Shown: in pieces, positions 33,330 through 42,523 of the stretch
How positions within the stretch are numbered: position 1 is the stretch's first letter
How the letters are laid out: each line of letters begins with the position of its first letter
Origin: Longimicrobiales bacterium
GTDB lineage: Bacteria; Gemmatimonadota; Gemmatimonadetes; Longimicrobiales; Gaopeijiaceae
Assembly (NCBI GenBank): GCA_965202805.1
Contig: OZ241869.1
Location: 1,184,001 to 1,248,000 of the forward strand
Length of the DNA: 64,000 nucleotides
Direction of reading: 5' to 3'
The notes under the pieces: model-generated
What the model saw: the letters and a program-made list of their open reading frames with translations, nothing else
What the model was told of the DNA's origin: nothing
Databases searched by the model: none
Made by a program: the position numbers and the translations under genes

Positions 33330-34361
33330 ATGGACGGTTCTGACGCAGACCGTGTCAACGGCGCGGCCGAGAACGCCAATGGAAACAACGGCGGCGCACC
33401 CCACGCACACGCGCGCCGCATACTCACGGGCATATCGTCGCGTTCGTGGGAACACCCCGCGGATCGCGCGGCCCTCGCCGCACTGCGCAAGCTTCCCGTC
33501 TTCGACGAAGTCCTGAAGACCCTCTTCGGCTTCTTCGGCGAGAAGCCCATCCGGCTGGCCTTCCAGGCGAACGCGCTGCGGGTGAGCGAGCACCAGTACG
33601 GGCACATCTACGAGCGATACCGGGACATCGTGGAAACGCTGGACACCGAGGAGTACCCGCTCTACGTCTCCCAGACACCGATCGCCAACGCCGGCGCCTA
33701 CGGCATGGACAAGCCCTTCATCATCCTCAACTCGGGCACCGTCCTGATTCTGAACGATGATGAGCTGTCCTTCATTCTGGGCCACGAAGTGGGCCACATC
33801 GTGAGCGGCCACGTGCTCTACCGCACGATGATGGTGCTGCTGATCCAGCTTGCCAGCCTGGGGTTCCCGATCGTCGGACTCGCCGCGCGGGCCGTGCTCA
33901 TGGGGCTGCTGGAGTGGTCCCGCAAGAGCGAGCTTTCCTCGGATCGCGCCGGGCTGCTCTCCATCCAGGACGCGGATGTCGCGATGACCGCCATGATGAA
34001 GATGGCGGGCGGCGGCACCTCCTCCAACCTCGACCTCGGCGAGTTCGTGCGCCAGGCCGAGGATTACCGGGAGGGCGGAGATGTGGCCGACCACGTCTTC
34101 AAGGTGCTCAACCTGCTCGGCGTCACCCATCCGTTCTGGGTGCTCCGGCTCTCCGAGGTGCGGAGCTGGATCGAGAGCGGAGAGTACGATCGCATCGTGG
34201 CGGGAGAGTATCCGCGCCGCGACGACCCCGACCCGTCCTACCGCGACGACATCTCGTCGGCGGCCGAGGCCTACGCGGAGGAGGCCCGCAGCTTCATCGG
34301 ATCCATGCGCGGGGCCGCCCGCAGAATGGGCGACTCGATCAGGGACAACATCCGCCGATAG
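33330..34361 (+). CDS. M48 family zinc metallopeptidase
   Basis: NAGA, GHEVGH (HExxH), ELSSDRAG, THP; SD AAGGAG. Confidence 0.92.
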   Translation: MDGSDADRVNGAAENANGNNGGAPHAHARRILTGISSRSWEHPADRAALAALRKLPVFDEVLKTLFGFFGEKPIRLAFQANALRVSEHQYGHIYERYRDIVETLDTEEYPLYVSQTPIANAGAYGMDKPFIILNSGTVLILNDDELSFILGHEVGHIVSGHVLYRTMMVLLIQLASLGFPIVGLAARAVLMGLLEWSRKSELSSDRAGLLSIQDADVAMTAMMKMAGGGTSSNLDLGEFVRQAEDYREGGDVADHVFKVLNLLGVTHPFWVLRLSEVRSWIESGEYDRIVAGEYPRRDDPDPSYRDDISSAAEAYAEEARSFIGSMRGAARRMGDSIRDNIRR

Positions 34362-34377
34362 CCCCGGAACCACTGGC

Positions 34378-35655
34378 ATGCGCATTCTGATCGTCGGCAA
34401 CGGAGGGCGCGAGCACGCACTGCTCTGGAAGCTCCGCCGGGACGCACCCGACGCCAACTTCCACGCTACGCACCCCAACGCCGGGATGGCGGGACTGGCG
34501 CGGGCGGTCGACATCTCCCCGACGGACGTGCGGGCGCTGACTTCGTGGGCGGAGACCCAAAGGATGGACCTGGTGGTGATCGGCCCGGAGGTTCCGCTCG
34601 CGCTGGGTCTCGCGGACCGCCTGGAGGCGGCGGGCGTGCCCGCGTTCGGACCCTCGCGGGCAGCCGCGCGCATCGAATCGAGCAAGGCCTTCGCCAAGGA
34701 TCTCATGAGCGCCGCGGGCGTGCCCACCGCCGACTACCGCGTCTTCACCGACGCGGGGCGCGCCGAGGCGTACGTGTTGGAGGGGGGCGGGCCGTGCGTG
34801 GTGAAGGCCTCCGGCCTGGCGGCGGGAAAGGGCGCGATCGTGTGCGACGATCCGGATGAGGCCCGCGTCGCGATCCGGCAGATGCTCGTGGAGGGCAGCA
34901 TGGGCGATGCCGGACGCGAGGTCGTGATCGAAGAACGCATGACCGGCGAGGAGCTCAGCGTCTTCGCACTCGCCGACGGGCAACGGGCCGTCCCGCTGGT
35001 GGCCTCTCAGGACCACAAGCGGATCGGCGAGGGCGACACCGGACCCAACACCGGCGGCATGGGGGCGTACGCGCCGGTCTCCCTGGCCACCGCCGACCTG
35101 ATCGCGCGGGTCGGCGACGAGATCCTGGATCCCGTGCTGGACGCCCTCGCCGGGGCCGGCTGTCCCTTCCGCGGCCTCCTGTACGCCGGTCTGATGCTTA
35201 CCGAGGAGGGTCCCAGGGTGGTCGAGTTCAACTGCCGCTTCGGGGACCCCGAGACCCAGGTGGTGCTTCCCTTGCTCGACGGTTCACTGCTGGACCCGAT
35301 GATGGCGGTCGCCGACGGCAGCGGACTCGCAGGATACCGTGCCGCCACCGCCGCAGGGGCCGCGGTGACCACCGTGCTGGCGGCCGGGGGGTATCCGGGG
35401 TCCTACCCGACGGGCGCCGGCATGGACATCCCTCAATCGCTGACGGACGACCCCGACGTCGTGCTCTTCCACGCGGGCACCCGCCGCCGCGATGGTGCGG
35501 TGCTGACCGCGGGAGGGCGCGTGCTCGCCGCGACCGGACTCGGCAACACGCTGGCGGAGGCCGCGGAGCGTTCCCGGCGCGCCGCGCGCGAGATCCGCTT
35601 TGAAGGCAAGTACTTCCGTTCCGACATCGGATGGCGCGAACTGGCGAGAAGCTGA
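34378..35655 (+). CDS. purD: Phosphoribosylamine--glycine ligase
   Basis: [45 protein letters not shown]. Confidence 0.98.
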   Translation: MRILIVGNGGREHALLWKLRRDAPDANFHATHPNAGMAGLARAVDISPTDVRALTSWAETQRMDLVVIGPEVPLALGLADRLEAAGVPAFGPSRAAARIESSKAFAKDLMSAAGVPTADYRVFTDAGRAEAYVLEGGGPCVVKASGLAAGKGAIVCDDPDEARVAIRQMLVEGSMGDAGREVVIEERMTGEELSVFALADGQRAVPLVASQDHKRIGEGDTGPNTGGMGAYAPVSLATADLIARVGDEILDPVLDALAGAGCPFRGLLYAGLMLTEEGPRVVEFNCRFGDPETQVVLPLLDGSLLDPMMAVADGSGLAGYRAATAAGAAVTTVLAAGGYPGSYPTGAGMDIPQSLTDDPDVVLFHAGTRRRDGAVLTAGGRVLAATGLGNTLAEAAERSRRAAREIRFEGKYFRSDIGWRELARS

Positions 35656-35726
35656 CTCGCGCGCGGATTCCGGAGCCGGGCAAGGCCGGGGCACAACATG
35701 GACAACCCGACCCAGGAAACGAGACC

Positions 35727-36035
35727 ATGATCATTACGACCACGCCAACGCTCGAAGGACGTCCGGTGCGCGACTATCTCGGCATCGTCACCGGGGAGGC
35801 GATCATCGGGGCCAACATCTTCAAGGACCTGTTCGCCGCCGTCCGGGATGTCGTGGGTGGACGCTCCAGCGCATACGAGCGCGCCCTGAGCAACGCACGC
35901 GCGCACGCCCTGCGCGAGATGGCCGAGCGCGCCGCCGACCGGGGCGCCAACGCGGTCGTGTCCGTCGATCTGGACTACGAGGTGATCAACAACATGCTCA
36001 TGGTGACCGCCGCGGGCACCGCCGTGGAGACATGA
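35727..36035 (+). CDS. YbjQ/UPF0145 family protein
   Basis: MIITTT.TLEG, GANIFKD, VGGRS..YE, GANAVV, GTAV. Confidence 0.92.
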   Translation: MIITTTPTLEGRPVRDYLGIVTGEAIIGANIFKDLFAAVRDVVGGRSSAYERALSNARAHALREMAERAADRGANAVVSVDLDYEVINNMLMVTAAGTAVET

Positions 36036-36080
36036 GCCGCATCTCTTCGCCCTCACCCGCCTCCAGCCGCCAGGGTCAGA

Positions 36081-36911
36081 CTGCCCGAGCTTCCTGAAGC
36101 AGAGACGATCGCGCGCGGCCTCGCGCCGCACCTCTCCGGCCGGACCATCTCCGGCGTGCGGGTACGGCACCCCGACCTGCTGTCGGAACCGGCCGGCGCC
36201 TTTGCCCGCGGGATGAGGGGCGCAGAGATCGACCATGTGGGGCGAAGGGGCAAGAACGTGGTGTGGTTCTGCTCCCCGGATACGGTTCTGGTCATCAACC
36301 TGGGAATGACCGGCCGCCTTCTGTTCCATCCGCGCGACGACCCCACACCGCTCCCCGTCCACACGGGCGTCATCTTCGCCCTGGCCGGAGGCGACGCGGC
36401 CGTCTACAGCGACGTACGCCGTTTCGGGCGGTTGCAGCGCTTCTCAGGGCGCTCGTGGCGGCGCTGGTCGCGCACGCTGGGACTCGAACCGCTCAGCCGT
36501 TCGTTCACCGCCCGCCGTCTGGCAGGCGAACTCGCGCGCTCCCGCTCCCCGATCCGTTCGTGGCTGCTCGACCAGAGGCGCGTGGCCGGGATCGGAAACA
36601 TCTACGCGAACGAGGCGCTGTTCCTGGCCGGCATCCATCCGGCCGTGCCGGCGCGCGCGATTCCGGCGGCGAAGGTCGCGCCGCTCCACCGAGCCATACG
36701 CAGGGTGCTGCGAGCCGCCATCGCCGCCTGCGGCACGACCCTGCGGGACTACCGCGACCCTGCCGGGCTGGAAGGATCGTTCGGTCCCCGTCTGGTGATA
36801 TACGGTCGAGAAGACCAGCCTTGCGTAAAGTGTCCAGGGGTCGTCCTGAGGACGGTGATCAGCAACCGATCGGCGTTCCATTGTCCCCGCTGCCAGCCGC
36901 CGCCTCAATGA
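36081..36911 (+). CDS. mutM: Formamidopyrimidine-DNA glycosylase (Fpg)
   Basis: PELPE N-terminus after CTG 36081, RRGK, LGMTG, GIGNIYANE, C-terminal CxxC..CxxC zinc finger. Confidence 0.96.
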   Translation: MPELPEAETIARGLAPHLSGRTISGVRVRHPDLLSEPAGAFARGMRGAEIDHVGRRGKNVVWFCSPDTVLVINLGMTGRLLFHPRDDPTPLPVHTGVIFALAGGDAAVYSDVRRFGRLQRFSGRSWRRWSRTLGLEPLSRSFTARRLAGELARSRSPIRSWLLDQRRVAGIGNIYANEALFLAGIHPAVPARAIPAAKVAPLHRAIRRVLRAAIAACGTTLRDYRDPAGLEGSFGPRLVIYGREDQPCVKCPGVVLRTVISNRSAFHCPRCQPPPQ

Positions 36912-38542
36912 CCAGCAGCCCGTGGATGAATCCGCCCGAGCACCGAGAGCGGCGAGGCGCCGGACCGGCAGAGCGCTCCCGAGGCGCCGGGCCCGCAAGG
37001 CGCTCCCTAGGCCGGTCGGCAGCACGTTTCCGCAGGCGAGCGGGGTGGCTCCTGCCGGCCGCGATTCCGGCTGCGCTCAGCCTGGTTGCAATGCCGGCTT
37101 CGGGTCAGGACGGCATCGTCCCCGACCTTCCCGTGCAGGAGCTGACGCTCGATAACGGCCTGCGCCTTCTCATTCTCCCGCGGCCCTCGGCTCCCACGGT
37201 GGCGTTCGTCGTCGAGTACGCGGTGGGCGGCGTGAACGAGACGCTCGGGTCGACCGGCACGGCCCATCTCCTCGAGCACATGCTCTTCAAGGGCACCACG
37301 ACGGTCGGCACCCGCGACGTGGAAGCCGAACTCGACCTCTTTGCGCGCATGGACGCCGCCCACGACTCCCTGCTCGCCGAGTCGTCCACGGCGGCGCCCG
37401 ACACCACCCGCCTCCGGGCTCTCAGGGACCGCGTGGAGACCTACGAGGGCCAGGCACAGACCCCGGTGGTATCCAACGAGTTCAGCCGCATCTTCAACCG
37501 CAACGGAGCCCGCAACCTCAACGCGACCACCTCCTCGGAGGCCACCACCTATTTCGTCGAGCTGCCGGCGAACCGGGCCAGGCTCTGGTTCCTGCTCGAG
37601 AGCGACCGGGCCCGCAATCCCGTCTTTCGCGAGTTCTACACCGAGCGCGACGTGGTCATGGAGGAGCGCCGTACCCGGGTGGACACCAACCCGGGAGGCC
37701 TGCTCCACGAGGTCCACCTGGCAACGGCGTTTCTGATGCACCCCTATGGGGTTCCGGTGGTCGGGTACATGTCCGACCTGGAGCGGCTGTCGCGGCGCGA
37801 CGTCGAGGAATACCACCGGCGCTACTACGGCGCCCGCAACGCCGTGGTCGCGATCGTGGGCGACGTGGTGCCGGATTCGATCGTGGCCTGGGCGCGGGAC
37901 TACCTGGGCGACATCCGGCCCGGTGACCCCCCGCCCCCGGTCCTCGCCGTCGAGCCCCCGCAGCGCGGCGAGCGCCGCGTGGAGTTGGTGATGGACGCCG
38001 AGCCGCAGCTGCGGGTGGGGTGGCATACGGTGAGCGGGCATCACCCGGACAGCCCGGCGCTGACCATGCTGGCGTCCGTGCTGTCGGGGCGGCGCACCGC
38101 CCGCCTATACCGGCGCCTGGTCACGCAGGACCGCCTGGCCGCCGCGGTCACGGCATCCACCGTACCGGGATCGCGCTTCCCCGGACAGTTCGTGGTTCAC
38201 GTAACGCCTCGCGCTCCAGGCACGCCCGCCGACATCGAAGCGGCCCTCTACGAAGAGATCGAGCGCCTCGCGCTGGAACCTCCCGAACAGAGGGAACTGC
38301 AGCGAGTGCGCAACCAGCTGGTGGCGTCCGGCGTGCGCCGGCTGCAGTCCAACCTGGGACTCGCACTTCAGCTCGCCGGCTCGGTCACCCGCTTCGGAGA
38401 CTGGCGGACCACCTTCGAGCGGACGGCCCTGCTCTACGACGTCCAGCCCGCCGACGTGCAGCGGGTGGTGCAAACCTACTTCACGCGCGACAACCGAACC
38501 GTCGCCACCCTCGTGAAGCGCACCGCGGATACGGACCCGTGA
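36908..38542 (+). CDS. M16 family metallopeptidase, active subunit (likely exported)
   Basis: AHLLEHMLFKGT (HxxEH), NATTS, ERDVVMEERR, HPYG; start uncertain. Confidence 0.9.
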   Translation: MTSSPWMNPPEHRERRGAGPAERSRGAGPARRSLGRSAARFRRRAGWLLPAAIPAALSLVAMPASGQDGIVPDLPVQELTLDNGLRLLILPRPSAPTVAFVVEYAVGGVNETLGSTGTAHLLEHMLFKGTTTVGTRDVEAELDLFARMDAAHDSLLAESSTAAPDTTRLRALRDRVETYEGQAQTPVVSNEFSRIFNRNGARNLNATTSSEATTYFVELPANRARLWFLLESDRARNPVFREFYTERDVVMEERRTRVDTNPGGLLHEVHLATAFLMHPYGVPVVGYMSDLERLSRRDVEEYHRRYYGARNAVVAIVGDVVPDSIVAWARDYLGDIRPGDPPPPVLAVEPPQRGERRVELVMDAEPQLRVGWHTVSGHHPDSPALTMLASVLSGRRTARLYRRLVTQDRLAAAVTASTVPGSRFPGQFVVHVTPRAPGTPADIEAALYEEIERLALEPPEQRELQRVRNQLVASGVRRLQSNLGLALQLAGSVTRFGDWRTTFERTALLYDVQPADVQRVVQTYFTRDNRTVATLVKRTADTDP

Positions 38543-40032
38543 TCAGGCCGGGGCCGGGGAGCCCGGCAATGATCGCCACCCTGCTCGCGGCGATGGCCGT
38601 CGCGGCGGAGGGAGTGACCGCGCAGAGGCCACCCGCGGACCGGGAGGCCATCGAGGCGCTTCGGTTCGACCCGCTGTCCTTCACCCCGCCCTCCGCGGCG
38701 GAGCACGAGATCGAGGGCGTGACGGTCTTCTTCCTGGAGGACCACTCCCTGCCCCTCGTCAACGTCTACGCGCGCTTCGCGGGCGGCTTCGGTCGCTTCG
38801 AACGCGAACTCTACGCCGCCACCACTGCCCTCCCCTCGCTGCTGCGCTTCGGGGGAACCATCGAACTGCACCCCGATTCCGTGGACGAACAGGTCGACCA
38901 GCACGCGCTGCAACTGGCATTCGGATCCTCGGGCGGGAGCACCTCCGCCACCCTCAACACGCTCACCGCCAACCTGGAGGCCGGCCTTCGCCTGTGGAAG
39001 GACATGCTCCTCCATCCCCGCTTCGATTCGGTGCAGGTGGAGGTGTGGCGCGGCCAGGAACTGGAGAGCGCCCTGCGCCGCCCCGACGACCCCGGCCGCC
39101 TCGCCTTCTCCGAGTTCAACCGGCTGATGTTCGGCGACCACCCCATCGGCTGGGAAATGGGACCCGGCGATCTCGAACCGGAGGATCTCTCGCGGGAAAA
39201 CCTGCTCGCCGCCCATGGACGCATCCTGTGTCGGGACAACCTGACGCTGGGCGTGTCGGGCAACCTCGAGTGGGCGGCGATCGAGCGCCACCTGCACGCC
39301 TTCCTCTCCGGATGGCCCGCCTGTGAGGGGACGCTGCCCGAGCCGCCGGTACCCGACATCCTGGACAACCCGGGGGTCTACCTGATCCCGCGGGAGCTGG
39401 ACCAGACGACCATCGTCATGGCGCACCGAAGCTCCATCCGCCAGGCGGACTCGCGCGACTACTTCGCCTCCCGCATCGCCAACTCCATCCTCGGATCCGG
39501 CGGCTTCTCGAGCCGCATCCTCAACCGGGTGCGCACCGAACTCGGCCTCTCCTACAGCGCGGGCTCCTTCTGGACCACCCCCGACGACAACGACGGCATC
39601 GTGGGCGCCCTCACGCGGACGAAGGGCGAATCGACCATCGCCGCAACGCGGGCGATCCTCGAGGTGATGGAGGAGATGCGCAACGCGCCGCCGGCGCGCG
39701 ACGAAGTGGAAGACGCGGTGGAGGCGGCGAGCAACGGCTTCTCGTTCAACTTCCAGGGGGCGATGCAGGTCGTAGCCCGACGCGTGCTGCACGAGGCCCA
39801 GGAGCTACCGGAAGACTGGCTGGAGCGGTATGTGGCGGGGGTGCAGCGGGTTTCCCCCGGCGACGTTCACAACGTCCTGCGGAGGCATCTGGACCCGGAG
39901 CGGATGGTCATCCTCATTCTCGGGGACCCGGCCCGGTTCGACCTGCCTGTCGAGACGCTGGGGGAGGTGACGGTCTGGGAAGTGGAGGGAATCTCCGACC
40001 CGGTTCCGCCGGTCGGACCTCCGCCCGGGTGA
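38539..40032 (+). CDS. M16 family peptidase-like partner subunit (no HxxEH seen)
   Basis: LEDHSLPLV, ILGSGGFSSRIL..VR...GLSY; GTGA-coupled to the upstream M16 gene. Confidence 0.85.
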   Translation: MIRPGPGSPAMIATLLAAMAVAAEGVTAQRPPADREAIEALRFDPLSFTPPSAAEHEIEGVTVFFLEDHSLPLVNVYARFAGGFGRFERELYAATTALPSLLRFGGTIELHPDSVDEQVDQHALQLAFGSSGGSTSATLNTLTANLEAGLRLWKDMLLHPRFDSVQVEVWRGQELESALRRPDDPGRLAFSEFNRLMFGDHPIGWEMGPGDLEPEDLSRENLLAAHGRILCRDNLTLGVSGNLEWAAIERHLHAFLSGWPACEGTLPEPPVPDILDNPGVYLIPRELDQTTIVMAHRSSIRQADSRDYFASRIANSILGSGGFSSRILNRVRTELGLSYSAGSFWTTPDDNDGIVGALTRTKGESTIAATRAILEVMEEMRNAPPARDEVEDAVEAASNGFSFNFQGAMQVVARRVLHEAQELPEDWLERYVAGVQRVSPGDVHNVLRRHLDPERMVILILGDPARFDLPVETLGEVTVWEVEGISDPVPPVGPPPG

Positions 40033-40064
40033 CGCGGGGACATTTGGGCGCGCCGTCCTCCCGG

Positions 40065-40793
40065 CTACCTCACGCCCACATGGATCGCCGCGATCCCGAA
40101 GGTCAGCAGTTGCCAGCGGACGGTCCGGAATCCCGCATTCAGGAACTCCCGGCCCAGTGCCTGCGGGCCCGGAAACTCACCGACCGAAGCCGGCAGATAG
40201 CTGTATGCCCACCGGTGCCCGGACACGATCCGTCCGACCGCCGGCAGGATGTGCCGGAAGTACCAGAGATAGGCGGCGCGGACGATCGGGTTCGGGGGGA
40301 TGGTGAACTCGAGAACGACCAAGGGGCTCCCGTCGCGCAGCACCCGGCGCAACTCCGCCAGCCCCACACCGAGGCCGGAGAGATTCCGCACCCCGAAGGC
40401 CACCATGGCGCCGTCGAAGGACTCGTCCGCAAAAGGCAGGCGTTGCGCGTCCCCGCACAGCGGATGCACGGCCAGACGGGCGCTCTTCCTCACCCCCCTG
40501 CGCAGCATGGGCTCCGCGAAATCGAGCGCCACCACCCTGCCCCGGAAGTCCCTGCGGGTGGCCAGCTCGATGGCCAGGTCGCAGGTGCCCGCGCAGGCAT
40601 CGAGGTACCGGGCCGAGTCGTGACGGGAATAGTCGAGCGCGCGCACGGCCCTCCGACGCCACCACCGATCGACGCTCAGGCTGAGCACGCGATTGAGGAG
40701 GTCGTATCGCGGCGCGATGCGCGAGAAGATGTCGTGCACCTGGCGCGCGCGATCCTCACCCGACGACGGCTGCGCTTCGGAAACGTTCATCAT
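40065..40793 (-). CDS. menG: Demethylmenaquinone/ubiquinone methyltransferase (UbiE/MenG)
   Basis: FSRIAPRYDLLNRVLS, LDACAGT.D, AFGVRN, YSYLPASV..FP. Confidence 0.92.
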   Translation of the reverse strand: MMNVSEAQPSSGEDRARQVHDIFSRIAPRYDLLNRVLSLSVDRWWRRRAVRALDYSRHDSARYLDACAGTCDLAIELATRRDFRGRVVALDFAEPMLRRGVRKSARLAVHPLCGDAQRLPFADESFDGAMVAFGVRNLSGLGVGLAELRRVLRDGSPLVVLEFTIPPNPIVRAAYLWYFRHILPAVGRIVSGHRWAYSYLPASVGEFPGPQALGREFLNAGFRTVRWQLLTFGIAAIHVGVR

Positions 40794-40806
40794 CGATTCT
40801 CGTACG
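40780..40806 (+). promoter_or_regulatory. Candidate autoregulatory ECF promoter
   Basis: GAAAC-N16-CGTACG 25 nt upstream of the sigma ATG; resembles the B. subtilis SigW consensus TGAAAC-N16-CGTA. Confidence 0.7.
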
Positions 40807-40831
40807 GGACCGGGCGAACCTCATCCGGCGG

Positions 40832-41422
40832 ATGTCCTTGAACTACCAGAGCGTCGAAGACGCGGAACTCGTCACCCTCGCCGCCGAGGGTCGGGAGGGC
40901 GCCTATCGCGAACTGCTCTCCAGATACGAACGTCCCGTCTTCTCCCTCATCTACCGCATGGTGAGGAACCGCACCATCGCGGAAGACCTGGCGCAGGAAG
41001 CCTTCATCCGCACCTTCAACGCGATCGATACCTACAATCCCCAATACAAGTTCTCCAGCTGGATCTTCAAGATCGCAAACAACCTGACCATCGATCACCT
41101 GCGCAAGCGGCGCGTGCCCACGGTTTCCATGCACGGTGCCCCGGACGCGGTCACCCCTGAGGCCCAGGCGCGCACCAGCCTGGTGGTGCGGTCGCACGGA
41201 GAGAGCCCGGAGGAATACGTGCAGAACCGGGAACTCGCCAGCCAGATCGAGGAGGCGATCGGAGAGTTGCGCGACGAGTATCGGGTGGTCGTGCTGCTCC
41301 GCCACATCGAGGGACACACCTACGACGAGATCGCCCGCATCATGGAGATCCCGCTGGGCACGGTAAAGACCTACCTTCACCGGGCCAGGGCCGAGCTCAA
41401 GCTCCGGCTCGCCGAGGCATGA
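40832..41422 (+). CDS. ECF RNA polymerase sigma factor, SigW-like
   Basis: AEDLAQEAF, YKFSSWIFKIANNLTIDHLRKR, YDEIA..MEIPLGTVKTYLHRAR. Confidence 0.95.
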   Translation: MSLNYQSVEDAELVTLAAEGREGAYRELLSRYERPVFSLIYRMVRNRTIAEDLAQEAFIRTFNAIDTYNPQYKFSSWIFKIANNLTIDHLRKRRVPTVSMHGAPDAVTPEAQARTSLVVRSHGESPEEYVQNRELASQIEEAIGELRDEYRVVVLLRHIEGHTYDEIARIMEIPLGTVKTYLHRARAELKLRLAEA

Positions 41423-41439
41423 TTCGATGCTCAGGGACG

Positions 41440-41468
41440 CGAAACTTCCCCGGGGCTCGTGCCGTACG
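41440..41468 (+). promoter_or_regulatory. Candidate internal ECF promoter for the anti-sigma and downstream genes
   Basis: CGAAAC-N17-CGTACG in the sigma/anti-sigma gap. Confidence 0.65.
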
Positions 41469-41578
41469 CCGGGAGAGCCGATGCACGGCACGGATGTTTG
41501 GACTACGATGACCCCGGATCCCGGAGATCCCGCGAGAATGGGAACGCCACGACAGACGGAGGCAGGGGCAGGCCGCAG

Positions 41579-42523
41579 ATGAATTCGGACCGATCCAGCT
41601 GCTGCGGGCGCATGGACGATGACGCGATCCAGAGCCTGCTCGACGCCGTTGACGGACGTGTCGACGCGGAAGCCGAATCCGCCCGCCGGCAACTGGCGGA
41701 GTGCGCCAGTTGTCAGGCCCGGGTGGACGCCTGGCGGGAGGTCTTCGGTGAACTCGGCCGGCTGCGCCGGTTCGCCCCTCCCGGGCGCTTCGCCGAGCGG
41801 GTCCTGTCCGGGATCGATCTCCCCGGCGAGGCCGCGAGTCCGTCCCGGGCGTGGTCCTGGGGCCGGCTGCGCCGCTGGCTGTCCCGGACGGCCGCGGACG
41901 CGCACCTCTCCGGGCGCCGGCTGCAGGGGCTCGCGGACGGTGCGCTTTCGCGGAAACGCGCTACGCTGGCGAAGGCCCACCTGGCGACCTGCGCGGACTG
42001 CGAGGTCAGGCTGGCGGGCTGGCGGCGTCTGATCGCCAGGCTCGAGGCCCTGCCCTCCTTCGCGCCGAGTGCGGGCTTCGCGGAGCGGGTGATGGCGCGC
42101 TGGCAGGAGATGGCCGAAGCGACCCCCGGCCGGAGCCGGGCTGCGCGAAGATGGCGACTCCTGCCTCGTTCGCCGCGCGGGTGGGTGCTCGCGGGGACGC
42201 TGACCGGCATGCCGGTTGCCGCTTTCGCCGCGGCGGCGGCTTTCCTCTCCACCGTCCCCCAGCTTACCACCGGCGGCCTCATCACCTATCTGTGGTGGCA
42301 GGCTCGCGACGCCCTGTCGGCGTTCGGAAGCTCGGTGCTGGCGGCGGTCATGCAGAGCGGGGCAGCCTTCCGGGCCTATTCGCTCGCAGATTACCTGATC
42401 GCGTCGCCCGCTACCGCGGTCGCGGCCGCGGCGGGCTTCACCACCCTGATGCTCAGCTCCATCTGGGTTCTTCACCGCAACATAGGCTTCCCCCGTTTCG
42501 CGCTTCGCCATGTTCACAGCTGA
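41579..42523 (+). CDS. Membrane anti-sigma factor with two tandem zf-HC2-like domains
   Basis: QLAECASC and HLATCADC motifs, each followed by FAP..GF/RFAERV; C-terminal TM segments; follows the ECF sigma. Confidence 0.8.
   Translation: MNSDRSSCCGRMDDDAIQSLLDAVDGRVDAEAESARRQLAECASCQARVDAWREVFGELGRLRRFAPPGRFAERVLSGIDLPGEAASPSRAWSWGRLRRWLSRTAADAHLSGRRLQGLADGALSRKRATLAKAHLATCADCEVRLAGWRRLIARLEALPSFAPSAGFAERVMARWQEMAEATPGRSRAARRWRLLPRSPRGWVLAGTLTGMPVAAFAAAAAFLSTVPQLTTGGLITYLWWQARDALSAFGSSVLAAVMQSGAAFRAYSLADYLIASPATAVAAAAGFTTLMLSSIWVLHRNIGFPRFALRHVHS

Noticed and set aside
35716..35740. GAAAC-N16-CGAC as a fourth ECF promoter
   Set aside because: The -10 element deviates and falls inside the ybjQ coding start
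37020..37060. Twin-arginine signal on the M16 peptidase
   Set aside because: RFRRRAGWLL does not fit S/T-R-R-x-F-L-K well, and Arg runs are common at this GC content
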